Source: Dehalococcoidia bacterium (lineage in GTDB: Bacteria > Chloroflexota > Dehalococcoidia > Lucifugimonadales > UBA3495). From it: DNA of 64,000 bases. The stretch covers positions 1,103,330-1,167,329 of the forward strand of contig OZ242013.1 in NCBI GenBank assembly GCA_965204805.1, given 5' to 3'. This document shows positions 1 through 10,833 of this stretch, one piece after another (position 1 is the stretch's first letter; each line of letters begins with the position of its first letter). Below the pieces are notes generated by a model that had not been told where the DNA came from, did no database searches, and saw nothing but the letters and a program-made list of their open reading frames with translations. The position numbers and the translations under genes are program-made.

Positions 1-1059
1 GTGGATTTCGGCGTTGCCTGTTAGGTCGAGGATCAGGCAGTTGCCGCCGTTGGCTTTGTGACGTAGCCCGCGTCCTACCATTTGCAGGTATAGCGCCAGG
101 CTCATGGTGGGGCGGGTGATTACCACGCAGGAAGCGTCAGGCAGATCGAACCCCTCGGTGGCGACGGCTACGTTAACCAGGACACGGAGTTTCCCGTTGC
201 CAAGGGACTCTATGACCCTAGTCCGTTCGTCCAGCGGTGTGTCGCTAAGCATCACGGCGGCGGGGATTCCGGCGTCGTTGAACAATGCCGCCAGGTTGCA
301 GGCATGGTCTTGGGAGATGGCGTAGACGACGGTCTGACGCTCGGCAGCGTGGAACTGCCAGAAGCGCAACGCGCCTGCGGTCATAACGTCGGGGCGGTCC
401 TGGTTTGCCTGCTCAATTCCCGATTCGGAGTATTCGCCAACTGCGTCAAATGCGCCGCCGCGTATGATTTCCTCGGGTTTGGGCATAAGCACGCGGGCTT
501 GGCACAGCCAGTTGTCGGCTTGAAGCTCAGTGACCTGTGGGCCATGAAGCAGTTTCTTGAAGAGGTGGTCAAACCCTTCGATCTTTGATAGCCGCCAAGG
601 GGTGGCGGTAAGGCCAATAACCTGGCCAGGCCATTGGTCTATGGCCCGTTCATAGCCGACGGCGGTGGCGTGATGCGCTTCGTCTATCACCAGTACATCA
701 CCGCTGCTGTACTCGCCCCATATTTCCCTTTGGTTAGTCCGTCTGCCGACAGTTTGGGCCATCAATATGACCACGCCGTTCGCAATGAAAGGGGCATCGC
801 TGCCCGGCCGCCAAGTCAGGTTTATGGCCGATACGCCGGCGTCAGTCAGCATACGGCGAGTCTGTTCTGCCAACTCTGTGCGGTGAGTGAGCCAGACAGC
901 TTTGCGCCCGTTGTGCAGCCAGCGCCCCAGCAGCGCCCCGGCGATATGTGTCTTGCCGCCGCCAGTGGGCAGTTGGAGCATTACCCGCGCATCGCGAGGT
1001 TGCAGGGCGGCTTCCGCTTGCTCCAATAGTTCCTGCTGGTAGGGGCGCAGTTCGGCCAA
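1..1059 (-). CDS. SF2 DEAD/DEAH-box helicase (ResIII-type N-terminus plus helicase-C), partial: C-terminus lies beyond position 1
   Basis: Absent from the ORF track because it has no stop inside the window. My reverse translation reads LRPYQQELLEQ..QLPTGGGKTHIAGALLG (Walker A), VLVIDEAHHA (DEAH), GLTATPWR, VAVATEGFDLPD, LQMVGRGLR (motif VI). There is no ATG after the upstream in-frame TGA. TTG at 1059 is the first plausible start. Confidence 0.8.
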   Translation of the reverse strand, partial: MAELRPYQQELLEQAEAALQPRDARVMLQLPTGGGKTHIAGALLGRWLHNGRKAVWLTHRTELAEQTRRMLTDAGVSAINLTWRPGSDAPFIANGVVILMAQTVGRRTNQREIWGEYSSGDVLVIDEAHHATAVGYERAIDQWPGQVIGLTATPWRLSKIEGFDHLFKKLLHGPQVTELQADNWLCQARVLMPKPEEIIRGGAFDAVGEYSESGIEQANQDRPDVMTAGALRFWQFHAAERQTVVYAISQDHACNLAALFNDAGIPAAVMLSDTPLDERTRVIESLGNGKLRVLVNVAVATEGFDLPDASCVVITRPTMSLALYLQMVGRGLRHKANGGNCLILDLTGNAEIH

Positions 1060-1140
1060 TGTCGTACCCTTGCCGGAACGGTTCGGCGTCCGTGTTGCGA
1101 GAATATATCATATCCGTTTCGCAAAGTTGCTTATGCTCAG

Positions 1141-1171
1141 GATTTCACCCTCACCCTCAAGGGAGAGGGAG
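1141..1171. repeat. REP-like intergenic element (GATTTCACCCTCACCC..GGGAGAGGGAG), inverse orientation relative to the other copies
   Basis: Shares the GGGTGAGGGTGAAATC / CCTCTCCC..GGGAGAGG module with copies at 22699, 23484 and 24211. Lies between two genes. Confidence 0.6.
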
Positions 1172-1178
1172 TTTTCAA

Positions 1179-1856
1179 TCAGGGCAGAAACGCCGTTACC
1201 GCTGCCGGGCTGCCACTGCCGCCTTCCAGCCGCAATAGGCCGATGACCAGGACTGCGCCGGTGGGTGGCAGTTGGTGGAGGTTGGCGAGGCTTTCGAGGA
1301 CGATGCGGGGTTGAGACAGGACCAGTTTGCTTACAGAGAATGTGTCGTCAGCACCCGGCTCAACGCCGGCGGTGTCCGTGCCCAGGCCGGCAACGCCGCG
1401 CTCGTTGACCAGCAGCGTTGCCGCGTCCGGGCCGAAGGCTGGGAAGTGGAGGCCGCCGTTGCCGTCGGCGCCCAGGTAGGCCGCCGGGTTGTTCCAGCGT
1501 TCCGCCCAGCCTGTTAGCAGCAGGGCTACGCTGTCCGGCGGAATTGGCCCATGGCGCGACTCCCAGGCCGTCACGTCGTCCGGCGTCAGGGCGTAGTCGG
1601 GGTTGGCTTGGCACTGCTGGCGGGCGTCTATGACCACGGCGGGCTTGACCAGTTCTTCGGGGGTATACTGGTCAACGTTTCTGCCGCTGGGGTAGAAGCT
1701 GGCCGGGGCGACCAGATGCGTTCCGCCGTGCTCGCTCATGGAGAAGCGCCGCAGGAAGTAGCCGTCGCGGGCGATGTTGCCCCAGTCCGTAAACTCCGGC
1801 GGCGGGTCGCCGGGCCAGAGCGGCGTCTGCGCGGACAGCGGATGAGTCAAGTCCAC
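1179..1856 (-). CDS. cyclase-family protein (kynurenine formamidase-like fold)
   Basis: 225-aa ORF. SEHGGTHLVAP resembles the HxGTHxDxP cyclase signature but has Val where the metal-binding Asp is expected. The C-terminal half has the typical layout (GLGTDTAGVEP, ESLANL). Confidence 0.65.
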   Translation of the reverse strand: MDLTHPLSAQTPLWPGDPPPEFTDWGNIARDGYFLRRFSMSEHGGTHLVAPASFYPSGRNVDQYTPEELVKPAVVIDARQQCQANPDYALTPDDVTAWESRHGPIPPDSVALLLTGWAERWNNPAAYLGADGNGGLHFPAFGPDAATLLVNERGVAGLGTDTAGVEPGADDTFSVSKLVLSQPRIVLESLANLHQLPPTGAVLVIGLLRLEGGSGSPAAVTAFLP

Positions 1857-1985
1857 TATTGTTGAATGCAGGAAGGCCCCGATACTGTCGGGGCCTTCGT
1901 TCCGTGCCTGCGGTTCGATGGTTTCATCTCCGTCGCGGTCAGTTGCCTTACCACAGAAGGATGGCTGTTGTCTGGGTATCGGAGG

Positions 1986-2189
1986 CTATTGCCGCAACGC
2001 CTGCGGGCTGAACCAGCCAGCAGCCTCAACACGCTGCCGGATGACTTGGTGGTCGATCCAGCGCATGGCCGAACGGGAGTTTTCCTCGGTGGTAAGCGTC
2101 CGCCTTTCGGGGCGCGTCCCGTACACCATGCAGCCGGGCCCAGCCAGAGGGTTCTCATTGATGAGATAGCCGCGATAGTAGATTTTCAT
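1986..2189 (-). CDS. small hypothetical protein (67 aa)
   Basis: ATG preceded by GAGGTG 5 nt upstream on the minus strand. No recognisable family. Confidence 0.4.
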   Translation of the reverse strand: MKIYYRGYLINENPLAGPGCMVYGTRPERRTLTTEENSRSAMRWIDHQVIRQRVEAAGWFSPQALRQ

Positions 2190-2452
2190 GGCCCACCTCG
2201 AAAATTAGAAATACTGCGGTCCCGGCATTGATCCCGCAGGCACGAATGAACTGCCGGGAAAGGATAACGCATATATGTTCTAATACAGAGGCTCGCTGGT
2301 CAACAGGCTCCTGTCAGCAAATTTTCGCTCCAACCGGTCTGAAAGGCTTGCCCGCCCCACTCCACCTCAGCCCAAGTTTTCTGATGAAATTTCTTTTCTG
2401 AATAATGATAATTATAATACTGCATCCGAAGATGCGCAATGAGACTGAGAGC

Positions 2453-3733
2453 CTATTTACCGGACACTTCCGATAGAAACTCAGCTACGGGACGGGACTG
2501 CTGGGTGGAGGCGGTCATATCCCGCACCACCACTTCGCCCTTGGCGATTTCGTCGTCGCCCAGAATCAAGGCGTAGGGGATGTCGAGGGCGTTGGCCTGG
2601 CGCATCTGGCCGCGCAGCCCGCGGGCGCCGCTGCTGAGGATGGCGCCGACGCCGGCGCGGCGCAGACGGACGGCCAGTTCCAAGGCGGCGGTGCGGGCGT
2701 TCTCGCCGACGTTGGCGACCAGGTAGCGGGGCGACGGCTCGTCGGGGACCGGAACGTCGTCGCGCTTGAGGTTCAGGGTCAGACGCTCAATGCCGGTGGC
2801 AAATCCGATGCCGGGCGTGGGACGGCCGCCCAGCGCGGTAATCAACCCGTCGTAGCGCCCTCCGCCCACGATGGTGGACTGGCCGCCAACGTCCAGAGGC
2901 TGGACCTCGAACACGGTGCGGGTGTAGTAGTCCAGCCCGCGCACCAACCGGTGGTCAACGGTGTAGGGCAGGTTCATGGCATCGAGATAGGTGGTAAGCT
3001 TGTTCCAGTGTTCCTGGCACTCATCGCACAGGTAGTCTGTGGATTGCGGAGCCTCGTCGCCGAGGGCGTGACAGGTTTCCACCTTGCAGTCCAGCAGGCG
3101 CAGGGGGTTGCGGCTCAGGCGGTCGCGGCAGTCGTCGCAGAGGCGGTCGTGGTGGCCGGCGTAGTAGTCGCGCAGACGCTCGACGTAGGCCGGGCGGCAT
3201 TGGCCGTCGCCGATGCTGTTGACCAGCAGTTGCACGTCGCGCAGGCCCAGGCTGCCCATCAGCTCCCAGGCCACCTCGATGACCTCGGCGTCCACCGACG
3301 GGTCGGCGTCGCCCAGGGCCTCGACGCCGAACTGGTGGTGCTGGCGGAAGCGGCCGGCCTGGGGGCGCTCGTAGCGGAAGACTGGGCAGAAGTAGTACAT
3401 CCGCACGGGCTGGGGCAGGTTGTGCATACCGTGCTCCAGGTAGGCGCGGCAGACCGGCGCCGTACCTTCGGGGCGCAGGGTGATGCTGTCGCCGCCCCGG
3501 TCGTCGAAGGTGTACATCTCCTTTTCGACGATGTCCGTGCCTTCGCCCACCGAGCGGATGAAGAGGTTGGAGTCCTCAAAGGCCGGGGTGTCAATGCGCC
3601 CATAGCCGAAGCGGTTGGCAATCTCCACCGCCTTGGACTCGATGTAACGCCAGTATTTCTGCTCGCCGGGCAGGTGGTCGGCAGTGCCGCGGGGGGCTCG
3701 AAAGACCACGTTGTTACTCCCTAGGGGAATCAA
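2453..3733 (-). CDS. hisS: histidine--tRNA ligase
   Basis: 426 aa. Class II aaRS HisRS hallmarks: FRYERPQAGRFRQHHQFGVE, GGGRYDGL, and a C-terminal anticodon-binding-like domain. Confidence 0.95.
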   Translation of the reverse strand: MIPLGSNNVVFRAPRGTADHLPGEQKYWRYIESKAVEIANRFGYGRIDTPAFEDSNLFIRSVGEGTDIVEKEMYTFDDRGGDSITLRPEGTAPVCRAYLEHGMHNLPQPVRMYYFCPVFRYERPQAGRFRQHHQFGVEALGDADPSVDAEVIEVAWELMGSLGLRDVQLLVNSIGDGQCRPAYVERLRDYYAGHHDRLCDDCRDRLSRNPLRLLDCKVETCHALGDEAPQSTDYLCDECQEHWNKLTTYLDAMNLPYTVDHRLVRGLDYYTRTVFEVQPLDVGGQSTIVGGGRYDGLITALGGRPTPGIGFATGIERLTLNLKRDDVPVPDEPSPRYLVANVGENARTAALELAVRLRRAGVGAILSSGARGLRGQMRQANALDIPYALILGDDEIAKGEVVVRDMTASTQQSRPVAEFLSEVSGK

Positions 3734-3774
3734 GTGAGTCCATTATATGTTGGGGCGCCGAAGGTTGGGAACAG

Positions 3775-4692
3775 TCACGCTGGCGTTCCGTCTTTCAGTG
3801 GCAGCAGCACCGCGTAAATGGATTCGTTTATCGGTGTGGGAACGCCAACTTCCCGTCCCATACGAACCACGGCCCCGTTCAGTGCTTCCAGTTCGGTGGG
3901 GCGGCCATTCTCGAAGTCGGCATGCATGGAGTTCTGGAAGTCGGGAAATCCGCGAATGAATTCCACGGAGCGTTCCACCAGTCCCTCCGGCAAGTTCACG
4001 CCTTTGGCCCGGCCCACTTCGTCAACCTCGCGCATAACGGTGGTAAATAGATCTAATCCTTCCGGGTACCGGATAAATTCTCTGATTCGAGTTCGGGAGG
4101 CGCTGGTGACTCCGGCAATCGAGCATAAAACCACGAACTTTGACCAAATGACTTGAAGCGGGTCGGGTGACAAATCAACTTCGATTCCGGCAGCCTGTAG
4201 GGCATCACGGATGGCTTCGGCCCGCGGGCTAGCGCCGCCGCTCTCCTCGCCGAAGGAGAGCCTGGGCGCAGGGCCGACGCAGGCAATGACGCCGGGCGAC
4301 TGTACGCTGCAGGCGGTCCAGTAGGCTCCGGGCATCGCATGGCTCGGCCCCAGTTCGGCGGCCAATTCGAGGTGGCATTCGACGCCGTTTTGCAGGGTAA
4401 GTACGGCAGTATCCTGTCCCACCAGCGGGCGGACGGCGGGGATGGCCTCGGAGTTGTGGTAGGTCTTTACGGTGTAGAGGACCAAGTCCACTGGCCCAAT
4501 CTGGGCAGAGTCGCTGGTGGCTGGGACATTAATCGTAAACTCAGCGTCATCCTGTTTCAGTTGCAGGCCGTTGGCTTGGATGGCCCGGAGATGCTCACCC
4601 CTAGCTATCAGAGACACGTCATTACCAGATCGAGACAACAGCGCCCCCAAGCATCCGCCAACCCCCCCGGCGCCCATGACGGCGATACGCAT
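3775..4692 (-). CDS. 2-dehydropantoate 2-reductase-like (ApbA/PanE family) oxidoreductase
   Basis: 305 aa. N-terminal Rossmann motif MRIAVMGAGGVGG. Family-typical C-terminal helical domain (NSMHADFENGRPTELEALNG). Confidence 0.8.
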   Translation of the reverse strand: MRIAVMGAGGVGGCLGALLSRSGNDVSLIARGEHLRAIQANGLQLKQDDAEFTINVPATSDSAQIGPVDLVLYTVKTYHNSEAIPAVRPLVGQDTAVLTLQNGVECHLELAAELGPSHAMPGAYWTACSVQSPGVIACVGPAPRLSFGEESGGASPRAEAIRDALQAAGIEVDLSPDPLQVIWSKFVVLCSIAGVTSASRTRIREFIRYPEGLDLFTTVMREVDEVGRAKGVNLPEGLVERSVEFIRGFPDFQNSMHADFENGRPTELEALNGAVVRMGREVGVPTPINESIYAVLLPLKDGTPA

Positions 4693-4706
4693 TCGGGAGC
4701 CGACCC

Positions 4707-5972
4707 CTACACCTTCCCCTCACCCGCCAGCTCCGCCAGCTCCTCCGCCGTCAGGCCGCCGACGCCACACAGCACTTCGGCGTTGTGCTCGCCCAGCAGC
4801 GGGGGTTGGTGGTTGGGTGTTTCCGGCGCGCCGGCGAGGTGGATGGGGGTGTTTACGGTTCGGAAGATGCCGCCCATGTCGTTGCCGCCGTTGATGAACA
4901 TTCCGCGGGCTTCCAGGTGGGGGCAGTTGTCCAGGTCGGCTTGGTCCTGCACCATGCCCATGGAGTAGCCTATTTCTATGAGGCGCTGGGTTACTTCGGC
5001 TTTGGGGCGCTCCTTGCTCCATTCCTCGATGGCCGGGACGAAGTGGTTCATGTAGAACTCGCCGCTGATGCCCTCGCCGAGATAGCGGGGGTCTTCGATG
5101 AGGTCTTCGCGTCCGATTAGACGCCAGAGGTCTTTCCATTTATCGGCACCGCCCGCCCCGGCCAGGACTACGTAGCCGTCTTTGGCCTGGAGGGCGAGCT
5201 GGGCGCTGAGCATATTGCCGCGCTCACGGCCCGCGACCTGGCCGGTGGCCTGATAGAAGGGCATGGTGCTGGTCATGTGGGCCACCATGCAGTCGTACAT
5301 CGCCATGTCTATGTACTGCCCCTGGCCGGTGCGGTGGCGGCTTTCCAGCGCCATCATTATTCCCAGCGCCGTCCAGACGCCGGGAACGGAGTCGCCGATG
5401 TTGTCGCCGACCATCTGGGGGCCACCGCCGGGACTGCCGGTCACGGTCATCCAGCCGCCCATGCCCTGAACGCAGGGGTTGTTGGCGGGCCAGTGGGAGT
5501 AGGGCCCCGGGGCCGGACCATCGGGGTCACCGTAGCCGGTGAGGCTGGCGTAGATGAGGCGGGGGTTGATTTCGCTCAAGCGGTCGTAGCCTAGGCCCAA
5601 GCGTCGCAATGCGCCAGGCCCCCAATTGTCCAGCAGCACGTCGGACTCGGCGACCATTCGCTCGAAAGCCTGCTTGCAGCGGGGGTCACGGAGGTCAATG
5701 GTGACGCTCTTCTTGTTGCGGTTCAGGCCGAGGTAGCGGGAACTGACCCGCTGACCGTCGGGGCCGTCTATGAAGGGGCCGTTGCTGCGTCCCCGCTCAC
5801 CCGTACCGGGGCGCTCTATCTTGATGACTTCGGCGCCCATGTCGGCCAGAATCATGGAGCAGAAGGGACCGGCGACGATGTGGGTGACGTCCAGCACCCG
5901 CAGTCCTTCAAGGGGAAGGGGTATGGCTTCATTTGCCCTGGGGCCGCGGGTGGAGCCCGACTCAGTGGTCAT
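4707..5972 (-). CDS. family III CoA-transferase (CaiB/BaiF type)
   Basis: LEGLRVLDVTHIVAGPFCSMILADMGAEVIKIERP is the family III N-terminal signature. I prefer the internal ATG (MTTESG..) at 5972, which removes the 44-nt overlap with the upstream gene. Confidence 0.85.
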   Translation of the reverse strand: MTTESGSTRGPRANEAIPLPLEGLRVLDVTHIVAGPFCSMILADMGAEVIKIERPGTGERGRSNGPFIDGPDGQRVSSRYLGLNRNKKSVTIDLRDPRCKQAFERMVAESDVLLDNWGPGALRRLGLGYDRLSEINPRLIYASLTGYGDPDGPAPGPYSHWPANNPCVQGMGGWMTVTGSPGGGPQMVGDNIGDSVPGVWTALGIMMALESRHRTGQGQYIDMAMYDCMVAHMTSTMPFYQATGQVAGRERGNMLSAQLALQAKDGYVVLAGAGGADKWKDLWRLIGREDLIEDPRYLGEGISGEFYMNHFVPAIEEWSKERPKAEVTQRLIEIGYSMGMVQDQADLDNCPHLEARGMFINGGNDMGGIFRTVNTPIHLAGAPETPNHQPPLLGEHNAEVLCGVGGLTAEELAELAGEGKV

Positions 5973-5973
5973 G

Positions 5974-6510
5974 CTACGCCTCTGTGTCCTGTGGAGTAGC
6001 CGGTATCTGGAGGCCAAGTCCGTTGTCTATGAAGCGTTTGGCGTTGCGGACGTAGTTGGCTGTCGGGTTCTGGAGCCTGGCTTCCTGCGCCGGGCTCAGG
6101 GGACGAATCTGACCCGGAACTCCGATTACCAGGCAGTGATCAGGAACGTGCCCGCGCACAATGGCGCCGGCCCCGATGAACACGTAGTCACCGACATCGG
6201 CATCCTCCAGGAGCACTGCATTGACTCCCACCAACACATTGCTGCCCACCTTGCCTCCGTGGATCACGGCTCCGTGGGTCAGCAGCACGTTGTCGCCCAG
6301 TTCGAGGTGGTCGTCGGTGTGCAGCACGCAGTTGTCCTGAAGCGAGCAGTTCCTGCCCACGACGATGTCGCCATAGTCGGCGCGGATAGTGGCGTTGGGC
6401 CAGACACTGGAGCCCTCGCCGATGGTGACGTCACCGACGATATAAGCGGCTTCGCTGACGAATACCGATGGGTGAATTCTGGGAAACTTGCCGTCGAGTC
6501 CGCGTATCAA
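5974..6510 (-). CDS. gamma-carbonic-anhydrase-like / hexapeptide-repeat (left-handed beta-helix) protein
   Basis: 178 aa. Repeated hexapeptide pattern (IGEGSSVWPNATIRAD.., LGDNVLLTHGAVIHGG..), YrdA/PaaY-like. Confidence 0.8.
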   Translation of the reverse strand: MIRGLDGKFPRIHPSVFVSEAAYIVGDVTIGEGSSVWPNATIRADYGDIVVGRNCSLQDNCVLHTDDHLELGDNVLLTHGAVIHGGKVGSNVLVGVNAVLLEDADVGDYVFIGAGAIVRGHVPDHCLVIGVPGQIRPLSPAQEARLQNPTANYVRNAKRFIDNGLGLQIPATPQDTEA

Positions 6511-6655
6511 AATGACCTCCCTTCGGCTGGCTCAGGACAGGTCCCGCTTTGAACCGGGGTCAATCCATGAGCCTGCACCGCTACAAGAATACAGCGTGTG
6601 CCGTGTCGCCGCCACTAGCTTGCTGTCTGCAAACGGAGCAAGAGGCTTATGGCCG

Positions 6656-7204
6656 CTATACTCCGAAGACGCCCTTCAGTCCCTGCACGCTGTAGTAGCA
6701 ACCATAGGCGACCATGAAGAATTTGACCTGTTTGCCCAAGCCTACAGCTGTCAGGTATCTCCACAGCGGATAGCGCAGGGCGCCGGCGGCAATGCCGGCA
6801 ATGTCGAAAAAGGGGTTGGGAACCGCGGAGATGACGAACAGCAGCAACCAGCCCCGGCGACGCATCCAGCTCTCTACGCGATGATAAAAGCGGCGGCGCT
6901 CCAGAACGCCGCTGCCGCTGTAGCCCAAAAAATAGCCGGTCAGCTCCCCGATGGTTCCCGCAAGACCGGCGATAATCGCGACTGCGGCGGGATTCAGGAA
7001 GGTGGCGGTGGAACAGGTAATGGCCAAGGCCGGGACCGGCACCACAAGTCCGCCGCTGGCGAGCAGAACCGCCCCGGCCACGGCCCCGTAGCTCAACTGA
7101 CCCACGCTGATACGGTCCTGCATGAAGAAGGCGATAGCCGAGATTCCCGCCACAGCGACGAGAATTAGGAAGCGGCCACGCCAGGTGGAGGTGAGCCAAT
7201 GCAC
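6656..7204 (-). CDS. DedA/VTT-domain membrane protein
   Basis: Multi-TM. GELTGYFLGY..FVISAVPNPFFDIAGIAAG is a VTT-like core. The long ORF (to 7459) overlaps the upstream hydrolase. GTG at 7204 is my preferred start, but it is uncertain. Confidence 0.65.
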   Translation of the reverse strand: MHWLTSTWRGRFLILVAVAGISAIAFFMQDRISVGQLSYGAVAGAVLLASGGLVVPVPALAITCSTATFLNPAAVAIIAGLAGTIGELTGYFLGYSGSGVLERRRFYHRVESWMRRRGWLLLFVISAVPNPFFDIAGIAAGALRYPLWRYLTAVGLGKQVKFFMVAYGCYYSVQGLKGVFGV

Positions 7205-7350
7205 GGCGGAATTGAAGGTAACAACCCAGGCAGTGTGGCCGGGAATGGGGCCGACGGCTTCCCCCGCGGGGGGCGCTACATCCGCGGTCCCGCCGTTGTC
7301 CCCGGCGGCGCCGGGGGGAGTGTCGAGGGGGTGTACGATGCCGTCGGGAC

Positions 7351-8235
7351 CTAATCGCCCTGCCCGGATGCCGCGGCAGGAGGCGAGGGCTGTGAGAGGA
7401 ACTCGGTGAGTATCCGGTTGAACTCCTCCGGCTTTTCCATGTGGGGCCAGTGGCCGCATTCCGGGAGTACGTGGACGGTGCTCCGCGGCAGAGCGCGCTG
7501 AACTTCGTCGGCGCTCACTGGTGGAATAACCAGGTCTTGTTCACCCCAGACGGCCAAGAGCGGTGTGGACAGGTCGCGGAGCCGGCCCACGATGTGATGC
7601 TTGCGCCTCAGTCCCAACAGGTTGATGCCAGAACGAACCGACCGCAGCATCACCTGGGGGGCATGAGGCAGACATCGAACTCGCCGAATCTCCGGCAAGA
7701 TTTCATCCAGAAAAGGGGGCGGCCGGAAGAAGATGCGCCTGACCATTGCGGCCTTGCTGATCAGATGGGGCTTGTAGAACAGTTCGCCCAGCAACGGAAC
7801 GGAGATTATGCGCAGCGGCCAAGAGAGGCGACGGCCCAAGCCGGCTGAGGCCACCAGCGCCACCTTTTCCACTCTGTCTGGATATTCAAGAGCGGTGACG
7901 CCGGCGATGAGTCCGCCTGCGGAATTGCCCACCACGGAGAAGCGCCCGATGCCCAATTCGGTAGCGAACCTTGCCAGGAAGCGGGCTGCGCTTTCAGGGG
8001 CGTAATCGAGGTGGTCAGCCAAAGCCGAGTCGCCGTAGCCGGGCAGGTCTATAGCGATGGCCTGGAAGCCTGCATCGGCAAGGGCGTCCATGTTGCAGTA
8101 CCAAGTAATCATGGAAGAGGCCAGACCGTGTACAAGAAGCACGGTCGGGCCTTCTCCAGAAACGGCATAGCGTACGTTCACTCCGTCCACCATGACGTCC
8201 TTGACCTGCGCCCGTTGCATTAACGCCGTAGTCAT
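7351..8235 (-). CDS. alpha/beta-fold hydrolase
   Basis: 294 aa. HGLASS oxyanion region, nucleophile elbow GNSAGG, and a C-terminal His region (ECGHWPHMEKP). Confidence 0.85.
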   Translation of the reverse strand: MTTALMQRAQVKDVMVDGVNVRYAVSGEGPTVLLVHGLASSMITWYCNMDALADAGFQAIAIDLPGYGDSALADHLDYAPESAARFLARFATELGIGRFSVVGNSAGGLIAGVTALEYPDRVEKVALVASAGLGRRLSWPLRIISVPLLGELFYKPHLISKAAMVRRIFFRPPPFLDEILPEIRRVRCLPHAPQVMLRSVRSGINLLGLRRKHHIVGRLRDLSTPLLAVWGEQDLVIPPVSADEVQRALPRSTVHVLPECGHWPHMEKPEEFNRILTEFLSQPSPPAAASGQGD

Positions 8236-8312
8236 CGGGTCTTGTCCCTGAGAATTTTCTGATTCCCGAGATTACAGGCTTGGGTTGGGGGCCGGATTTC
8301 CGGCCCCTTAGT

Positions 8313-10787
8313 TTACACCACCACAGCCTCTACGGGTTTTCGTATCTCCGAGTCAGGTATGTCCTGCTTGGAAAACGCCAGCCCATCGGAGGTGGCTTCC
8401 ACGATGACGTGGTCGCCCGGCAGCGCCTCGCCGGAGAGAATCATCCGCGCAAAGGGGTTTTCCAGATGGCGCTGAATGGCACGACGCAGAGGTCGAGCGC
8501 CGTAGACCAAATCGAAGCCTTCCCTGGCCAGCCACCGTTCGGCCTCCGTGGTGAGCTGAAAGGTGACCTCCCGCTCGCCCAAGCGCTTCTGCACATCCTG
8601 GACCATCAGCTTCACAATCTGGATAATCTGCTCCTGGTTGAGCGGATGGAAGACGATGGTCTCGTCAATCCGGTTCAGGAATTCCGGGCGGAAGGTTCGC
8701 TTCATTGCCGCGTCCACGGATTCCCGCAAGGCATTCATCTCGTTCTTCTGATCGGCGACTTCCGTGCGGAACCCGAAGGGCTGGCGTCGTACTCCCTCGG
8801 TTCCCAGATTGCTGGTCATTATAATGACGGTATTGCGGAAATCAACGGCATGTCCTTGACCGTCGGTGAGGCGTCCATCCTCCAGTATCTGGAGCAGGAT
8901 GTTGAAAACGTCCGGGTGGGCCTTTTCGATTTCATCGAAAAGCAGGACCCGGTAGGGCCGACGCCGTACAGCCTCGGTGAGTTGACCGCCCTCGTCGTAT
9001 CCGACATAACCTGGAGGGGCGCCGACGAGGCGCGAAACGGTGTGCCTTTCCATGTATTCGGACATATCTATGCGGACCATGTTGGCCTCGTCGTCGAACA
9101 GGAACTCGGCGAGAGCGCGGGCCAGTTCGGTCTTGCCAACGCCTGTGGGTCCCAGGAAGATGAAGCTGCCAATGGGTCGTCGGGGATCTCCAAGACCTGA
9201 GCGGGATCGTCGAATTGCCTCGGCTACGGCCACCACTGCCTCGTCCTGCCCGATAATGCGCTGGTGTAGGTCGGCCTCCATGTGGACCAGCCGTTCGCTC
9301 TCGCCTTCCAGCAGGCGCCCCATCGGTATGCCGGTGAAGGCCGACACCAAGCTGGCGATTTCAGCTTCGTCCACCACCATGTCCACCTCTTCGCCGTCCC
9401 GCTGGCACCTGAGTTCCGTGTCGTACTCCTGCTGGAGGCGTATTCGCTCGGTGCGCAACTCGGCGGCGCGCTCGTAATCGGACCGCTCCGCCGCCGCGGC
9501 CTCCTGGTCGTTCAGATGCCTGACCCGATCCTCAAGCTCCTTGAGAGGGGCGGGTAGGATCTGAGCGTCGATGCGCAGCTTGCTGGCCGCCTCATCAATG
9601 AAGTCCACCGCCTTGTCGGGCAACTGGCGCCCGGTTATGTAGCGATCGCTGAGACGAGCCGCAGCAATCAGAGCGCCGTCGCTGATGTTCACCTTGTGAT
9701 GGGCCTCGTAGCGGGGACGCAGCACTTTCAGGATTTCCACTGTCTCGTCAACGGTTGGTTCCTCCAGGTATACCGGCTGGAAGCGCCGCTCCAAGGCTGA
9801 GTCGCGCTCGATGTACTTGCGATACTCGTCCAGGGTAGTGGCGCCGACGCACTGCATTTCACCACGGGATAGGGCGGGCTTCAGCATGTTGCTGGCGTCC
9901 ACGCCGCCCTCGCTGTTGCCAGCGCCGACCATGGTGTGCAACTCGTCGAGGAAGAGGATGACCTCGCCGCCTGCTTCCTTCACTTCATCAATGACCGACT
10001 TGAGACGTTCCTCGAACTCGCCGCGGAACTTGGACCCCGCCACCATCGCCGGCAGATCCAAGGCCATGACCCGGCGATCTTTCAGGGAGTCCGGCACGTC
10101 GCCTGAAGCGATGCGCTGGGCCAGACCCTCAACGATGGCCGTCTTGCCCACACCGGCCTCGCCTATGATTACCGGGTTGTTCTTGCGGCGGCGGGTCAGG
10201 GTCTGCATCACCTGGCGGACTTCAGCGTCGCGGCCCACCACGGGGTCGAGCCTTCCGTCTTTTGCCATCCGGGTAAGGTCTATGCTGAAGCGTTCCAACG
10301 AACGATAGCGGCTTTCCGCATCCGGATCATCCACGCGGTGGCTGCCCCTCACCCGGCTTAACGCCTGATACACCCGCTCACGGTCAATGCCGTGGGCCTT
10401 AAGGATTTCAGCGGAAGTGCCTTGCTGTTCCATGACTGCGGCGATGAACAAATGCTCGGCGCCGATGAAGTCGTCGTTGAAGTAAGCCGCCTCGGCTCGG
10501 GCGTTCTCAATCAGACGCTGGGCCCGGGGTGTACCGTAGATCTGGTTGGCGTCATAAGCCAGTTTGGGAGCGGACTCCAGGGATTGATTCAGAGCTGCCC
10601 GGATGTCTCCCGCAGGAGCGCCCAACTCGGACAAAATGCGGACAGGCACGCCGTCTTCCAGTTCCAGCAAGGCCATCAAGATATGTTCCACATCCCACTG
10701 GCTATGGCGGTGGCGGCGAACCAGCTCCTGCGAGTTTTGCAGCACCTGTCGCGCCTGATTGGTGAATTGATCATTTTGCGATGCCAT
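8313..10787 (-). CDS. clpC: Clp/Hsp100 AAA+ chaperone, ClpC-like
   Basis: 824 aa. Double Clp-N repeat, two Walker A motifs ([16 protein letters not shown]), a short middle domain with a UVR-like DYERAAELR, and a candidate ClpP-docking FGF loop. The length and short M-domain favour ClpC over ClpB. Confidence 0.85.
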   Translation of the reverse strand: MASQNDQFTNQARQVLQNSQELVRRHRHSQWDVEHILMALLELEDGVPVRILSELGAPAGDIRAALNQSLESAPKLAYDANQIYGTPRAQRLIENARAEAAYFNDDFIGAEHLFIAAVMEQQGTSAEILKAHGIDRERVYQALSRVRGSHRVDDPDAESRYRSLERFSIDLTRMAKDGRLDPVVGRDAEVRQVMQTLTRRRKNNPVIIGEAGVGKTAIVEGLAQRIASGDVPDSLKDRRVMALDLPAMVAGSKFRGEFEERLKSVIDEVKEAGGEVILFLDELHTMVGAGNSEGGVDASNMLKPALSRGEMQCVGATTLDEYRKYIERDSALERRFQPVYLEEPTVDETVEILKVLRPRYEAHHKVNISDGALIAAARLSDRYITGRQLPDKAVDFIDEAASKLRIDAQILPAPLKELEDRVRHLNDQEAAAAERSDYERAAELRTERIRLQQEYDTELRCQRDGEEVDMVVDEAEIASLVSAFTGIPMGRLLEGESERLVHMEADLHQRIIGQDEAVVAVAEAIRRSRSGLGDPRRPIGSFIFLGPTGVGKTELARALAEFLFDDEANMVRIDMSEYMERHTVSRLVGAPPGYVGYDEGGQLTEAVRRRPYRVLLFDEIEKAHPDVFNILLQILEDGRLTDGQGHAVDFRNTVIIMTSNLGTEGVRRQPFGFRTEVADQKNEMNALRESVDAAMKRTFRPEFLNRIDETIVFHPLNQEQIIQIVKLMVQDVQKRLGEREVTFQLTTEAERWLAREGFDLVYGARPLRRAIQRHLENPFARMILSGEALPGDHVIVEATSDGLAFSKQDIPDSEIRKPVEAVVV

Positions 10788-10833
10788 GGTCCACCTCCTC
10801 AGCCGGTCCCACAGGGACGGTTCCGGCCATACT

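Noticed and set aside
2190-2452. T-box or other leader RNA for hisS
   Set aside because: This AT-rich gap lies downstream of hisS on the minus strand. The space upstream of hisS (3734-3774) is too short for a riboswitch.
2951-3724. 257-aa plus-strand ORF
   Set aside because: It is antisense to the well-supported hisS. The Ala/Val/Gly-rich translation is typical of the reverse frame of a high-G+C gene. The same applies to 8280-9200 (antisense to clpC), 13555-14541 (narK), 21745-22794 (hisF), 30754-31530 (the fused MTase), 50967-52160 (uvrD), and 59648-61150 and 61190-62035 (the polymerase-like ORF).
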